Assembly (NCBI GenBank): GCA_017853735.1
Contig: JAFMJA010000001.1
Span: 1 to 33,899, forward strand
Origin: Burkholderiaceae bacterium
GTDB taxonomy: Bacteria > Pseudomonadota > Gammaproteobacteria > Burkholderiales > Burkholderiaceae_C
Direction of reading: 5' to 3'
DNA length: 33,899 nucleotides
The position numbers and the translations under genes are program-made. Position 1 is the stretch's first letter. Each line of letters begins with the position of its first letter. Below the pieces are notes generated by a model. The model had not been told where the DNA came from and searched no databases. It worked only from the letters and a program-made list of their open reading frames with translations. Shown in pieces: positions 9,632 through 19,207 of the stretch.

Positions 9632-10093
9632 ATGATGAAAGTCAGCGATATTTTGCGCGTCAAAGGCAATACCCTCTATAGCATTTCGCCCGAGGAACCC
9701 TTGTCGCGTGCCATCGAGATCATGGCAAACAAGGACATAGGGTCGCTGCTCATCATGGAGAACGGCGAGCTCACCGGCATCCTGACCTTCCGGGAGGTGA
9801 TCCGACTGGCGGCCCGTAATGGGGGAAGTGTGGGCAATTCCTTAGTGCGCACCGCCATGGAGGGCTCCCCGCTGACATGCACTATGGACACCGATCTGGA
9901 CGAGGTCAGGCGCATGATGCTGGAGCGCCACGCCCGCTATTTGCCGGTCATCGATCAGAAGGTACTGATGGGTGTGATCAGCTTCTACGATGTCGCCAAG
10001 GCTGTGGTGGAGAGCCAGGACTTCGAAAACCGGATGCTCAAAGCCTATATCCGCGACTGGCCCGAGGAGTCCAAGCCTGGCAATCCTGCCTGA
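9632..10093 (+). CDS. CBS domain-containing protein
   Basis: MKVSDIL..., tandem CBS motifs (GILTFREV, GVISFYDV). RBS AGGAG. Start 9632 or 9635. Confidence 0.9.
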   Translation: MMKVSDILRVKGNTLYSISPEEPLSRAIEIMANKDIGSLLIMENGELTGILTFREVIRLAARNGGSVGNSLVRTAMEGSPLTCTMDTDLDEVRRMMLERHARYLPVIDQKVLMGVISFYDVAKAVVESQDFENRMLKAYIRDWPEESKPGNPA

Positions 10094-10148
10094 GCTGCCT
10101 GGAGGGCCCATTGGGGCGATGCCTGAACAGCATCGAATGATTGCCCGC

Positions 10149-11069
10149 TTACGCCAAAGTAAGCTTGCGTTCACTCTGGAAACTTCTCTTGGCGCCAGTG
10201 ACCGGGTCAATAAAGGCCAGTGAGCACGCCAGCAAACGCAGCGGATTGCTGAAGTCCTCAAGCGCTGGGGCATCAGCCGGGTGCATCACACTGGGGTAAA
10301 AGCGGTCTCCGACGATCGGAATGCCCAGTGCGTTCATGTGCACTCGCAGCTGATGCAATCGACCGGTGCGCGGCAGCAGACGATAGCGCGCCAACGGTGC
10401 GGCGAGCTCGAGCAATTCGATGCGGGTGGCGCTATTGGGTTCGCCGCTGACCTCCTGCTGACGAAAAAACTGCTCTGCGGCTTGCAGGCGGCTACGGTGT
10501 TCAAGCGGTAAAACCAGATGGGGCCGCCAGGGGGCAATCGCCTGATATTCCTTGAATACTGTCTGTTGGCGAAACATGGACTGATAAGCCCCACGATCCT
10601 GCGGCCGAAGGCTGAATAGGACCAGACCCGCGGTCTCACGGTCAAGACGGTGGATTGGGCTGATCGACTCAATGCCCAGTTCCTGCTTCAGCCTGACCAG
10701 CAGGGTTTCTTTCACAAAGCGCCCGCCCGGTGTGACAGGCAGAAAATGCGGTTTATCCACGACCAGCAAGTGCGCATCCTGAAACAGGATGCGCGCCTCA
10801 AAGGGTATGCGGGGTTCAAAGGCCAGTTCGCGGTAATAGTAAAGACGCGATTGCGGCCGATACGCTGCTTCGGGATCCAGTGCCGTACCGTCTTCGGCCA
10901 GAACCTGCCCCTTGGCCATGCGCTCGTGCCACTGCAGGCGTGAGACGGCTGGGAGCCGTTCGGCCAGAAAATCAGCCACCGTACGCCATCGGCCCGCTGG
11001 CAAGGCCACACAACTGGCGCTGACGCCTTCTTGCATCGCGGGACGAAATCGATGCCCAGGTCGGGTCAT
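10149..11069 (-). CDS. RluA-family RNA pseudouridine synthase
   Basis: VDKPHFL, HRLDRETAG (catalytic Asp), TGRLHQLRVH, PIVGDRFY. Confidence 0.92.
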   Translation of the reverse strand: MTRPGHRFRPAMQEGVSASCVALPAGRWRTVADFLAERLPAVSRLQWHERMAKGQVLAEDGTALDPEAAYRPQSRLYYYRELAFEPRIPFEARILFQDAHLLVVDKPHFLPVTPGGRFVKETLLVRLKQELGIESISPIHRLDRETAGLVLFSLRPQDRGAYQSMFRQQTVFKEYQAIAPWRPHLVLPLEHRSRLQAAEQFFRQQEVSGEPNSATRIELLELAAPLARYRLLPRTGRLHQLRVHMNALGIPIVGDRFYPSVMHPADAPALEDFSNPLRLLACSLAFIDPVTGAKRSFQSERKLTLA

Positions 11070-11081
11070 GGCGCTTGGATT

Positions 11082-11840
11082 TCAGATGCGCCGAAACACC
11101 AGGTCCCAGACGCCATGACCCAAACGCAGCCCGCGCTTCTCGAATTTGGTCAATGGCCGGTACTCAGGTCGCGGGGCAAAGGCACTCGAGGTGTTTTTCA
11201 GCAGGGGCTGGTTGCCAAGAACTTCCAGCATCTGCTGGGCGTAGGGTTCCCAGTCCGTGGCACAGTGGATGTACCCGCCCGGCTTGATCCGGCTGGCCAG
11301 TTTGTCGACCAGGGGCGCCTGTATCAGCCGCCGCTTGTGATGTTTGGTCTTGTGCCAGGGATCGGGAAAAAAGATATGCACACCATCCAGGCTGCTTTCA
11401 GGGAGCATGAGTTGCAGGACCTCGACCGCATCGTGTTGCAGGATGCGGATATTGCTCAGCCCAAGAGCACCGATCTGCTTGAGCAGTGCGCCCACGCCAG
11501 CCTCATGGACTTCGCAGGCAAGGAAGTTTTTGTCCGCCATCAGGCTGGCAATATGGGCTGTGGCATCCCCCATGCCAAATCCGATTTCCAGAATCAAAGG
11601 CCGGTCGGCAAGCCCTGGACCAAATGCCTGTGTCAGGTCGATCGGCGCTGCCTGGAACGGAAGCAAAAAATCTGGCCCCCAGGTGGCCAAGGCCTTGGCC
11701 TGGCCACTGGTGGTGCGGCCTGCGCGTTTGACAAAGCTCTTGATGGTTTTGGGAAACTCAATGCCCGAAGGTGGCAGGCGTCTTCGATCTCGCAGGGGTG
11801 GTTCCTGCACTGGCAATGCGCTGGGATGGTTGGTGCTCAC
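11082..11840 (-). CDS. trmB: tRNA (guanine(46)-N7)-methyltransferase
   Basis: [35 protein letters not shown]. Exact start uncertain. Confidence 0.95.
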   Translation of the reverse strand: MSTNHPSALPVQEPPLRDRRRLPPSGIEFPKTIKSFVKRAGRTTSGQAKALATWGPDFLLPFQAAPIDLTQAFGPGLADRPLILEIGFGMGDATAHIASLMADKNFLACEVHEAGVGALLKQIGALGLSNIRILQHDAVEVLQLMLPESSLDGVHIFFPDPWHKTKHHKRRLIQAPLVDKLASRIKPGGYIHCATDWEPYAQQMLEVLGNQPLLKNTSSAFAPRPEYRPLTKFEKRGLRLGHGVWDLVFRRI

Positions 11841-11842
11841 TG

Positions 11843-12745
11843 TTAAATTTTACCGGGCTGACCCTGTGCGCTCAGCCAGCGTGCGCGCCATTGTGCGGTG
11901 GCCTCGGCAAGCCAGTCGCCAAGCGAGCTTGACTGGACCTGCAGGCCCAATGTTCTGGCGGCGGCATTGAGCTCCAACAGAGCTTCGTTGGTCTGCAGGG
12001 CTGGCGCCCCAGACTGTTTGCTCAGTTTTTCACCCAATGCATTGAGAACCAGAGGGGTGTGCAGGTATTGAGGTGTTGGCAGGTCCAGGGCGCGCTGCAG
12101 CAAAATTTGGCGCGCGGTGTTGTCGGCCAGATCTTCACCGCGCACGATATGGGTGATGCCCTGCGCGCCATCATCGACCACCACTGCCAGCTGATAGGCA
12201 AATTGGCCATCGGCACGCTTGAGAATGAAGTCGCCCACCGCTTGTGCTACATACTGCTCCTGCGGACCCAGTCGGCGGTCGGTCCAATGGTGCTCACCCT
12301 CATGCACGCGCAGGCGCCAGGCGCGGGCAGCCCGCCCCTGCAAGCCATTGCGACAGGTGCCAGGATAGACCCGTTCGGAGTTGCGGGCCCGTGTCTGGCC
12401 ATGGGCCATCAGGCTGGCCTCGATCTCCTTGCGTGAACAGGCACAAGGGTAGGCTATGCCACTGGCAATCAGACTATCCAGGGCGCGCTGGTAATCAGCA
12501 AGACGATCTGACTGGTGCCAGGGAGGCTCGTCGGGCAGCAGTCCGAAGTCGGCCAATTGCTGCAAAATCATCCTGTCAGCTCCGTCAATTGAGCGGGGAA
12601 TATCGACATCCTCGATCCGCACCAGCCAGCGTCCACCATGAGCGCGTGCGTCCAGCCAACTCGCCAGAGCGGCAACCAGCGAGCCCGCGTGCAGGGGGCC
12701 GGTGGGTGAGGGGGCAAAGCGGCCGATGTAGTGTGTGGCTAACAT
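11843..12745 (-). CDS. gluQ: tRNA glutamyl-Q(34) synthetase GluQRS
   Basis: [19 protein letters not shown]...YPGTC Zn motif, VRGEDL, KLSKQ. About 300 aa with no anticodon-binding domain. Confidence 0.94.
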   Translation of the reverse strand: MLATHYIGRFAPSPTGPLHAGSLVAALASWLDARAHGGRWLVRIEDVDIPRSIDGADRMILQQLADFGLLPDEPPWHQSDRLADYQRALDSLIASGIAYPCACSRKEIEASLMAHGQTRARNSERVYPGTCRNGLQGRAARAWRLRVHEGEHHWTDRRLGPQEQYVAQAVGDFILKRADGQFAYQLAVVVDDGAQGITHIVRGEDLADNTARQILLQRALDLPTPQYLHTPLVLNALGEKLSKQSGAPALQTNEALLELNAAARTLGLQVQSSSLGDWLAEATAQWRARWLSAQGQPGKI

Positions 12746-12864
12746 GGGGAGGGCCAAATCATGCCATCAAGTCATGCCCCAAAATGTTTGAGGATAAATC
12801 CATGACAGTCTGAAGAGAGGGCGATGTTTTTCTATAGTTGGCTTATTCCAAGCGAGTTTTTTTC

Positions 12865-13566
12865 ATGTTGACTCTGCGCAAATCTGACGAACGCGGCCTG
12901 GCCGATCACGGCTGGCTCAAATCCTTTCATAGCTTTTCCTTCGCTGACTATTACGATCCGCGCTTCATGGGCTGGGGCAATTTGCGGGTGATCAATGAAG
13001 ACCGGATTCAACCTGGCACCGGATTTGGCACGCATGGTCATCGTGACATGGAAATCATCAGCTACGTCCTGCAGGGCGAATTGGCGCACCAGGACAGCAT
13101 GGGCAATGGTTGCGCCATCCCCCCAGGCGACGTGCAGCGCATGAGCGCTGGCCGTGGAGTCATGCACAGTGAGTACAACCATGCGCCCAAGCAGGTGACC
13201 CATTTTTTCCAGATCTGGATCCAGCCCAATGTCAAAGGCATCGCGCCAGGCTACGAGCAAAAGTCTTTCCCGGTCCAAGAAAAACGCGGAACTCTGCGGC
13301 TGGTGGCCTCGCCAGATTCAGCTGAGGGATCTGTCAAGCTCCATGCGGATGCCCGGCTTTTTGCAGGCCTGTTCGATGGTGATGAGCGATATGAACTCCA
13401 GCTAGACCCTGCGCGTAAAGCCTATGTTCATCTGGTGCGTGGCGTGTTGCGTGTCAATGGCCTGGCCCTTCAGGCCGGGGATGCCGCGCTTGTGCAAGGT
13501 GAGGCCAAGCTGCTGCTTGATGGCGGTCGCGATGCCGAGGTGCTGGTATTCGATCTGACTGACTAA
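12865..13566 (+). CDS. Pirin family protein (YhhW-like)
   Basis: HSFSFADYYDP, GFGTHGHRDMEI, MSAGRGVMHSE metal-binding cupin motifs. Confidence 0.94.
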   Translation: MLTLRKSDERGLADHGWLKSFHSFSFADYYDPRFMGWGNLRVINEDRIQPGTGFGTHGHRDMEIISYVLQGELAHQDSMGNGCAIPPGDVQRMSAGRGVMHSEYNHAPKQVTHFFQIWIQPNVKGIAPGYEQKSFPVQEKRGTLRLVASPDSAEGSVKLHADARLFAGLFDGDERYELQLDPARKAYVHLVRGVLRVNGLALQAGDAALVQGEAKLLLDGGRDAEVLVFDLTD

Positions 13567-13577
13567 AGATTTTTTGA

Positions 13578-14363
13578 TCAAGGGCGAATCCCCGGTGTTT
13601 CCACGGGCATACCGCGCGCCCTGACCGCCAGGTACAACTCCAATTCGACCAGCTCCCTGGCGCCCATCGCATAGGGTTCAGCCCGCACCCCGTTCATGCA
13701 GTTGCGCAGCCTGCGCTGCAGTGAGCCGACAGCCTGCCATTCCAGACGATAGATCGGATACCCAGTAGGATGGGCCTGCGGGATGACATTTCCGCCTAGA
13801 TGACGGCCTGCGTTCTGGTCGTGACACTGGGCGCAGGACAAGTTCAACTGGCCCATACGCTGCTGAAACAGCCGTTGGCCATTGTCGAGGTGGGGCTGAA
13901 GGCGTGTGCTGGCTTGTGGGGCAAGCGGCATGCCGCGAGACTGGTAACCCACAAAGCTCTCCAATGCCAATAACTCTTGTGATTCAAGTCGCCATGGCTG
14001 TGTCTGCTGGTGGTTCTGGCGGCACTGATTGATGCGTTGGGCCAGATTCAGCGGTCCCTGGGTGCGTTCATCCCATGCGGGGTAGCGTGCTGCCACACCG
14101 TGCATGCTGGAGCTGGCATCTGCATGGCAGCCGGCACAGGATTTGGCGCCCGAAGCGGTGGCCTGCTGCCAAAGCTTCTCACCTTGTCGGACCCAGAGCA
14201 TGCCGGGGTTGAGGGTGTCGTCACGCTGCATGGCTTGGGTGTCGGGCCGCATGAATTCGAAGCCTGAGCGGCGCGTATCGGTCTGTGCAACAGCAGCCAC
14301 CGCTACCCAGCAGGCGATGGCCAGAAATAATCTATGCGGTTGGATAACCTGGCATCGGATCAT
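13578..14363 (-). CDS. soxA: SoxA-family diheme c-type cytochrome (paralog)
   Basis: Signal-peptide-like N-terminus, two CxxCH (CAGCH, CAQCH), RINQC, YPIYRLEWQ, RLRNCM and ELYL motifs. ATGA-coupled start at 14363. Confidence 0.9.
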   Translation of the reverse strand: MIRCQVIQPHRLFLAIACWVAVAAVAQTDTRRSGFEFMRPDTQAMQRDDTLNPGMLWVRQGEKLWQQATASGAKSCAGCHADASSSMHGVAARYPAWDERTQGPLNLAQRINQCRQNHQQTQPWRLESQELLALESFVGYQSRGMPLAPQASTRLQPHLDNGQRLFQQRMGQLNLSCAQCHDQNAGRHLGGNVIPQAHPTGYPIYRLEWQAVGSLQRRLRNCMNGVRAEPYAMGARELVELELYLAVRARGMPVETPGIRP

Positions 14364-14680
14364 GTGACCTGTAGCGCAACGCTTTCGCTGTGCCGAAAAC
14401 CCTTGTCGCCTACCCACTGAAAACGCAGGGTACCCGTCTCGGTGGCGATGGTGTGAAAAGCAATCAATGGATTGGCCGCAAGCGCAGAAAACAGTTCTGC
14501 GCTGAAGATCAACTCGTTGTTGTAGTGGCAGCTGAAGTGTTGAATGATGTCGCGTGGCAGCACACGACCATCATCCCCAGGTCGAAAGCCGGTTTCCATC
14601 GGGTGTGCAATGGTGGCGCGCACTTCGATGATTTCACCACGACGGGCTGTTGCAGGAACCTTGATGATGGTGAATGACAT
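14360..14680 (-). CDS. soxZ: SoxZ-family sulfur-carrier subunit
   Basis: IAHPMETGFR and ANP motifs, 106 aa, no signal peptide, between soxY and soxA. Confidence 0.9.
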   Translation of the reverse strand: MSFTIIKVPATARRGEIIEVRATIAHPMETGFRPGDDGRVLPRDIIQHFSCHYNNELIFSAELFSALAANPLIAFHTIATETGTLRFQWVGDKGFRHSESVALQVT

Positions 14681-14682
14681 AG

Positions 14683-15162
14683 CTAAATCGGGTTTTCCAG
14701 GCAGGCAGCAATCGACACGATCACATCGACCGTATCAGACCAGTAAGTGCCATCGTTCATACGCGCTACGGCAACCAGTTTTTGTGAGGTTGCCAGGCGG
14801 ATGCGGGTGGAAATACTGGCACGACCTGCGCGAGGACCCAGGGTACATTTGATCACCTCGCGCTGGGGATTGCGTTCATTGAATACAGCAATAGCGACCA
14901 CATGGTCCGCAGCTGTCATCGCACTGTCGACTGATACGCTCAACGGTACGGTATTGCCGTTATCCACCAAGGGTGCGATATCCAGCTTGACCCGTCCAGC
15001 CTTGATCGGGGCACCGCCGGCGTACGCATTGACAGCCGCTGCCAGTTCACCGGATGTGGCCAGCGCAGGTCGTACGATCAAACAGGCGCCCACGCCAAAT
15101 CCGGCAACAATCATCAGCCTTCTTGATCTGGATACACCCATTGCACTCATGGCTGAACTCAT
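14683..15162 (-). CDS. soxY: SoxY-related AACIE-arm carrier protein (SoxY paralog)
   Basis: Twin-arginine-like leader, DNGNTVP, NP and TRIRLA motifs. C-terminus is VIVSIAACLENPI instead of GGCGG. Confidence 0.88.
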   Translation of the reverse strand: MSSAMSAMGVSRSRRLMIVAGFGVGACLIVRPALATSGELAAAVNAYAGGAPIKAGRVKLDIAPLVDNGNTVPLSVSVDSAMTAADHVVAIAVFNERNPQREVIKCTLGPRAGRASISTRIRLATSQKLVAVARMNDGTYWSDTVDVIVSIAACLENPI

Positions 15163-15644
15163 TCTCTGAGGGTGAGCAAATAAGCCACCACATCCTCAAT
15201 TTGCTGAGCCGACAAAATGCTTCGATCTTGCCAGGCCGGTGCGACACGGTGCAAACCCTGATCGCGGTAATAGGCGGGCATGATGCTGTCAGGATTGAAG
15301 TGGCGCGGGTTAACTAGGCGCAGTCGGAGCTGAGCGGCTGACCAACGTTGGCCAGCCCCTGCAAGGTTAGGTGCCAGGTCACCTTGAAATCGCTCTTCAG
15401 ACACCGGACCACTATGGCACAGAAGGCACAGACCGCTTTGTCGGCTGCTTGCAATGGCGCGACCGCGGGCTGCATCACCAGGTTGAAAGCTCAGGGGCTG
15501 CGGGATGCCATCACCAACAACCTCAAGTACAGCAGAGTGATGAGCCGTTTGCCCTGCAGCCTGGCAAGGCAGAAAGGCCATGAGCAGCAACAGGCAAGCC
15601 AGGCGGCACACCAGAAAAAGAGGTGCCGCCGCAAAAAGGCTCAT
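15159..15644 (-). CDS. soxX: SoxX-family monoheme c-type cytochrome
   Basis: Signal peptide, GDAARGRAI, CLLCH, GDLAPNL, NPDSIMPAY (Met ligand), VVAYL. Confidence 0.9.
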   Translation of the reverse strand: MSLFAAAPLFLVCRLACLLLLMAFLPCQAAGQTAHHSAVLEVVGDGIPQPLSFQPGDAARGRAIASSRQSGLCLLCHSGPVSEERFQGDLAPNLAGAGQRWSAAQLRLRLVNPRHFNPDSIMPAYYRDQGLHRVAPAWQDRSILSAQQIEDVVAYLLTLRE

Positions 15645-17824
15645 GTCCGCTTGAGACTGTGGTGCTTGAGCGGCAAGTCACGGATGCGCTTACCCGTGGC
15701 GGCAAAGATCGCGTTCAGCACTGCCGGCGCAGCCACCGCAATGGTGGGTTCGCCCACACCACCCCAAAAGCCACCCGATGACAAGACGGTGGTTTCGACT
15801 TTGGGCATTTCATGCAGGCGCATGACTGGATAGGTGTCAAAGTTCTTTTGCATCACCGCGCCATTGCTCACCGTGATTTCACCGTACAGCGCCGCCGACA
15901 GCCCGTAGACAAACGATCCCTCCACCTGGGCTTCGATCTGTTGGATATTGACCGCATGGCCCGGGTCGGTTGCCGCCACGATGCGATGGATCTTGAGCCA
16001 ACCATCGTTGCTGACTGACACCTCGGCACAGGCTGCCACATAGCTGCCAAAACCCATGGTCTGGGCCAGGCCGCGGAACACGCCTTTTGGGGCAGGTTTG
16101 TCCCAGCCCGCATTTTTCGCCACTGCATTCAGAACTGCGAGGTGCTGGGGGCTGTTGGCCATGAGCTTGCGGCGGAAGGCCAGAGGGTCCTGGCCGGCAG
16201 CATGAGCCAGTTCGTCGATGAAACATTCCATATAAATGGCGTTCTGGTTCAGGTTCACTCCTCGCCAGAAGCCGGCAGGCACATGCGGATTGCGCATGGC
16301 GTGGTCGATCAGCAGATTGGGAAAGTCATAGCCTAGAGCGCCTTCCCTGTTTCCGCTGGGTTCCAGCCCTTGGAAGACCACCGGGTCTTTGCCATTTTTG
16401 ATGACATGCGGAGCCACCGTCGCCAAAATGGACTGGCCAGAAATACGCATATGCATGGCACTGACATTGCCTTTTTCATCCAGCGCAGCTGAAAGTTTGC
16501 ATTGGGTCACCGGATGGAAAAAGCCATGGGTCATGTCTTCTTCCCGCGACCAGATCAGTTTGATGGGTATGCCGGGCAAGGCTTTGGCAATCAGCACTGC
16601 CTGGGTGACAAAGTCATTGCGCGCCCGTCGGCCAAAGCCTCCGCCCAGATAGAGCTGGTAAACATCGCACTTGGTGGCTGCAAGACCGGACGCCTCAACC
16701 GTAGCAGCCAGGGTGGCTTCGGCATTTTGGGTGGGTGCCCAGACCTCGCAACGCTCAGGCGTCCAACGCGCGGTGGCATTCATCGGTTCCAGCGGCGCAT
16801 GGCTGAGTAGTGGGTAGGAGTAGACCGCTTCAATCTTGCGGCTGGCCGAGGCCAGTACAGCAGGGGCGTCACCCTTGCTTGAGCCAACCACAGCCTCTTT
16901 GGCGTCGAGTCCAGCTTTGAGTATTTCCCGAATGCTATTGCTGGATACCTGGCTGTTGGGTCCCAAATCCCAATCGATCGGCAAGGCTTCCACGGCGGCT
17001 TTGGCACGCCACCAGGTATCGGCCACGACAGCCACTGCGCTCGTGCCAACCTGCACCACTTGCCGTACGCCAGGACGCCCTTCGACGGCTGCGGCGTTGA
17101 AGCTTTTGACCGTTCCCCCAAATACCGGGCAATCCCGGATGGCGGCATTGAGCAGGCCGGGCAACTTGAAGTCAACACCATAGTTTTGCGCGCCAGTGGT
17201 TTTTCCCGCTGTATCCAGGCGGGCCATGCGCTTGCCAATCAGTCGCCAGTTCTTTGGATCCTTCAGCACAATGCTGGCCGCCTCGGGCGGAGTGATCCGG
17301 GCCGCAGCCTCAGCCACCTTGCCATAGCTGGTTTTGCGTCCGCTGGCCTTGTGCGTGATGATGCTGTTGGCAGCCACACATTCAGCAGCTGGCACGCCCC
17401 AGGCCTCGGCCGCAGCTTGAACCAGCATCATGCGGGCGGCAGCGCCCCCCTTGCGCACATAGTCGTTGGATTCGCGGATGCCACGGCTACCGGTGGCATT
17501 GAAGTTGCCCCAGACCCGCTTGCGCGCCAGGCTTTGGCCAGGAGTCGGATGCTCAGTGCTGACCTTGGCCCAGTTGCATTCAAGTTCTTCGGCTACCATC
17601 TGGGCCAGGCCGGTGAGGGTACCTTGCCCCATTTCGGCCCTGGCAATCCTGATCACCACGCTATCGTCTGGCTTGACAACCACCCAGGCGTTGATTTCCG
17701 GTTTGGCTTCCTGTGCTTGGGCAAAGGGAACGTGAAAACTCAGTACCAGACTACCTGCAGCAGCACTGGCCGAAGCGATGAAGTTACGACGGGTGATGGC
17801 GGGATTCATGTTGCTCTTGCTCAT
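15641..17824 (-). CDS. Xanthine dehydrogenase-family molybdopterin-binding subunit (IorB-like), Tat signal
   Basis: TRRNFI Tat motif with AQA cleavage site; [38 protein letters not shown]. Confidence 0.93.
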   Translation of the reverse strand: MSKSNMNPAITRRNFIASASAAAGSLVLSFHVPFAQAQEAKPEINAWVVVKPDDSVVIRIARAEMGQGTLTGLAQMVAEELECNWAKVSTEHPTPGQSLARKRVWGNFNATGSRGIRESNDYVRKGGAAARMMLVQAAAEAWGVPAAECVAANSIITHKASGRKTSYGKVAEAAARITPPEAASIVLKDPKNWRLIGKRMARLDTAGKTTGAQNYGVDFKLPGLLNAAIRDCPVFGGTVKSFNAAAVEGRPGVRQVVQVGTSAVAVVADTWWRAKAAVEALPIDWDLGPNSQVSSNSIREILKAGLDAKEAVVGSSKGDAPAVLASASRKIEAVYSYPLLSHAPLEPMNATARWTPERCEVWAPTQNAEATLAATVEASGLAATKCDVYQLYLGGGFGRRARNDFVTQAVLIAKALPGIPIKLIWSREEDMTHGFFHPVTQCKLSAALDEKGNVSAMHMRISGQSILATVAPHVIKNGKDPVVFQGLEPSGNREGALGYDFPNLLIDHAMRNPHVPAGFWRGVNLNQNAIYMECFIDELAHAAGQDPLAFRRKLMANSPQHLAVLNAVAKNAGWDKPAPKGVFRGLAQTMGFGSYVAACAEVSVSNDGWLKIHRIVAATDPGHAVNIQQIEAQVEGSFVYGLSAALYGEITVSNGAVMQKNFDTYPVMRLHEMPKVETTVLSSGGFWGGVGEPTIAVAAPAVLNAIFAATGKRIRDLPLKHHSLKRT

Positions 17825-18324
17825 GTGGTGCTCCCGTCGGCGTGTTGAATGGCCAGGCCGGCAGCCTTGGTCTTGCCCCCGGATGCCGCCACCTTGATCG
17901 CTGCTCGGATGCGGTTGTAGGTACCGCAGCGGCAGATATTGGTCATGGCTGCATCGATATCCGCATCACTGGGATTGGGGCGAGTCTTGAGCAAGGCCGC
18001 CGCAGCCATGATCATGCCGCTTTGGCAGTATCCGCACTGTGGCACATCCAGTTTGACCCAGGCTTTCTGCACAGGGTGAGTGCCATTCTTGGACAAACCC
18101 TCAATCGTGATGATTTTTTCCCGGGTGGTGATCGAGTTCACTGGCCGCTGGCAGCTGCGGGTAGGCACGCCATCGATATGCACAGTGCAAGCCCCGCACT
18201 TTGAAATGCCACAACCGTATTTGGTACCGGTGAGTTCCAGCTGCTCGCGCAACACCCAGAGAAGCGGGGTATCTGGTTCAGCCTCGAACTCTCGAACCTG
18301 ACCATTGACGTTTAATTGCGCCAT
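17821..18324 (-). CDS. (2Fe-2S)-binding small subunit (IorA-like)
   Basis: [38 protein letters not shown] upstream. Confidence 0.94.
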   Translation of the reverse strand: MAQLNVNGQVREFEAEPDTPLLWVLREQLELTGTKYGCGISKCGACTVHIDGVPTRSCQRPVNSITTREKIITIEGLSKNGTHPVQKAWVKLDVPQCGYCQSGMIMAAAALLKTRPNPSDADIDAAMTNICRCGTYNRIRAAIKVAASGGKTKAAGLAIQHADGSTT

Positions 18325-18412
18325 AAAAAGTCTCCAAGGTTTGGAATTTCTGACCTGTCAGGGACAGGCTCTACTTCACTTTGTAACTGAAGTGTTTTCA
18401 CAGATTTTTGGC

Positions 18413-18428
18413 ATGGATTCAAATCCAT
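18413..18428. promoter_or_regulatory. Candidate operator palindrome upstream of the ior-sox operon
   Basis: Perfect inverted repeat ATGGATT-CA-AATCCAT about 90 bp upstream of the iorA-like start. Confidence 0.35.
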
Positions 18429-18451
18429 ATGACGCCAAGGCCTTTGGCAAG

Positions 18452-19204
18452 TCAGTGTCCCAGAATTTTGGAGAGAAAGTCGCGGCTTCTAGGGCTTTGC
18501 GGATTGGAGAAGAACTCCTGCGGAGTAGCCTGTTCGACGATCTGGCCTTCGTCCATGAATATGACGCGGTCGGCCACAGCCTTGGCAAAGCCCATTTCAT
18601 GGGTGACACACAGCATGGTGATGCCCTGCGCAGCCAGCTCTGTCATCACATCCAGCACTTCCTTGATCATTTCGGGGTCAAGCGCCGAGGTCGGTTCATC
18701 GAACAACATGATCTTGGGCTTTAGGCACAGGGCCCGGGCGATCGCCACGCGTTGCTGCTGCCCACCGGAGAGTTGTAGCGGGTATTTAAGTGCCTGTTCG
18801 GCGATCTTGACCCGCTCCAGCTGCTGCATGGCGTTTTGCTCAGCTTCCTTTTTGGGAATTTTTCCAGACCAGATCGGCGAGAGTGTCAGGTTGTCCAGCA
18901 CGGTCAAGTGGGGGAACAGATTGAACTGCTGGAACACCATGCCCACTTCCTTGCGTACCGCATCCGTTGCCTTGATGTCGTCACTCAGTTCGATACCGTC
19001 AACAACAAGCCGTCCTTCCTGGTGCTCCTCCAGCCGGTTGATGCAGCGTATAAGGGTGGATTTTCCAGAGCCCGAGGGGCCGCAGATCACAATGCGCTCA
19101 CCGCGGGCCACAGAAAGATCGATGTCGCGCAACACATGAAAATTGTTGCCATACCACTTGTTGACTTTGTCAAAGATGATGATCGGATCAGACATGGTAT
19201 TCAT
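18452..19204 (-). CDS. aapP: Polar amino acid ABC transporter ATP-binding protein (AapP/BztD-like)
   Basis: [37 protein letters not shown]. Confidence 0.93.
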   Translation of the reverse strand: MNTMSDPIIIFDKVNKWYGNNFHVLRDIDLSVARGERIVICGPSGSGKSTLIRCINRLEEHQEGRLVVDGIELSDDIKATDAVRKEVGMVFQQFNLFPHLTVLDNLTLSPIWSGKIPKKEAEQNAMQQLERVKIAEQALKYPLQLSGGQQQRVAIARALCLKPKIMLFDEPTSALDPEMIKEVLDVMTELAAQGITMLCVTHEMGFAKAVADRVIFMDEGQIVEQATPQEFFSNPQSPRSRDFLSKILGH

Positions 19205-19207
19205 ATT

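Noticed and set aside
11031-11846. Long antisense ORFs (also 3093-3797, 17060-17848, 18408-19139, 25641-26462, 26487-27317)
   Set aside because: They shadow well-supported genes, show no motifs, and are expected from codon bias in GC-rich DNA.
11838-11852. Leaderless trmB transcript (TAAAAT 6 nt before GTG)
   Set aside because: The start codon is uncertain and the hexamer lies in the gluQ 3' end; needs TSS data.
13578-15644. Calling this a canonical thiosulfate-oxidising Sox pathway
   Set aside because: SoxY lacks the GGCGG arm and soxB/soxCD are absent from the window, so lithotrophy cannot be inferred from this locus.
13567-18451. ior-sox operon as a mobile island
   Set aside because: No integrase, transposase, tRNA or flanking direct repeats seen; composition shift not computed.
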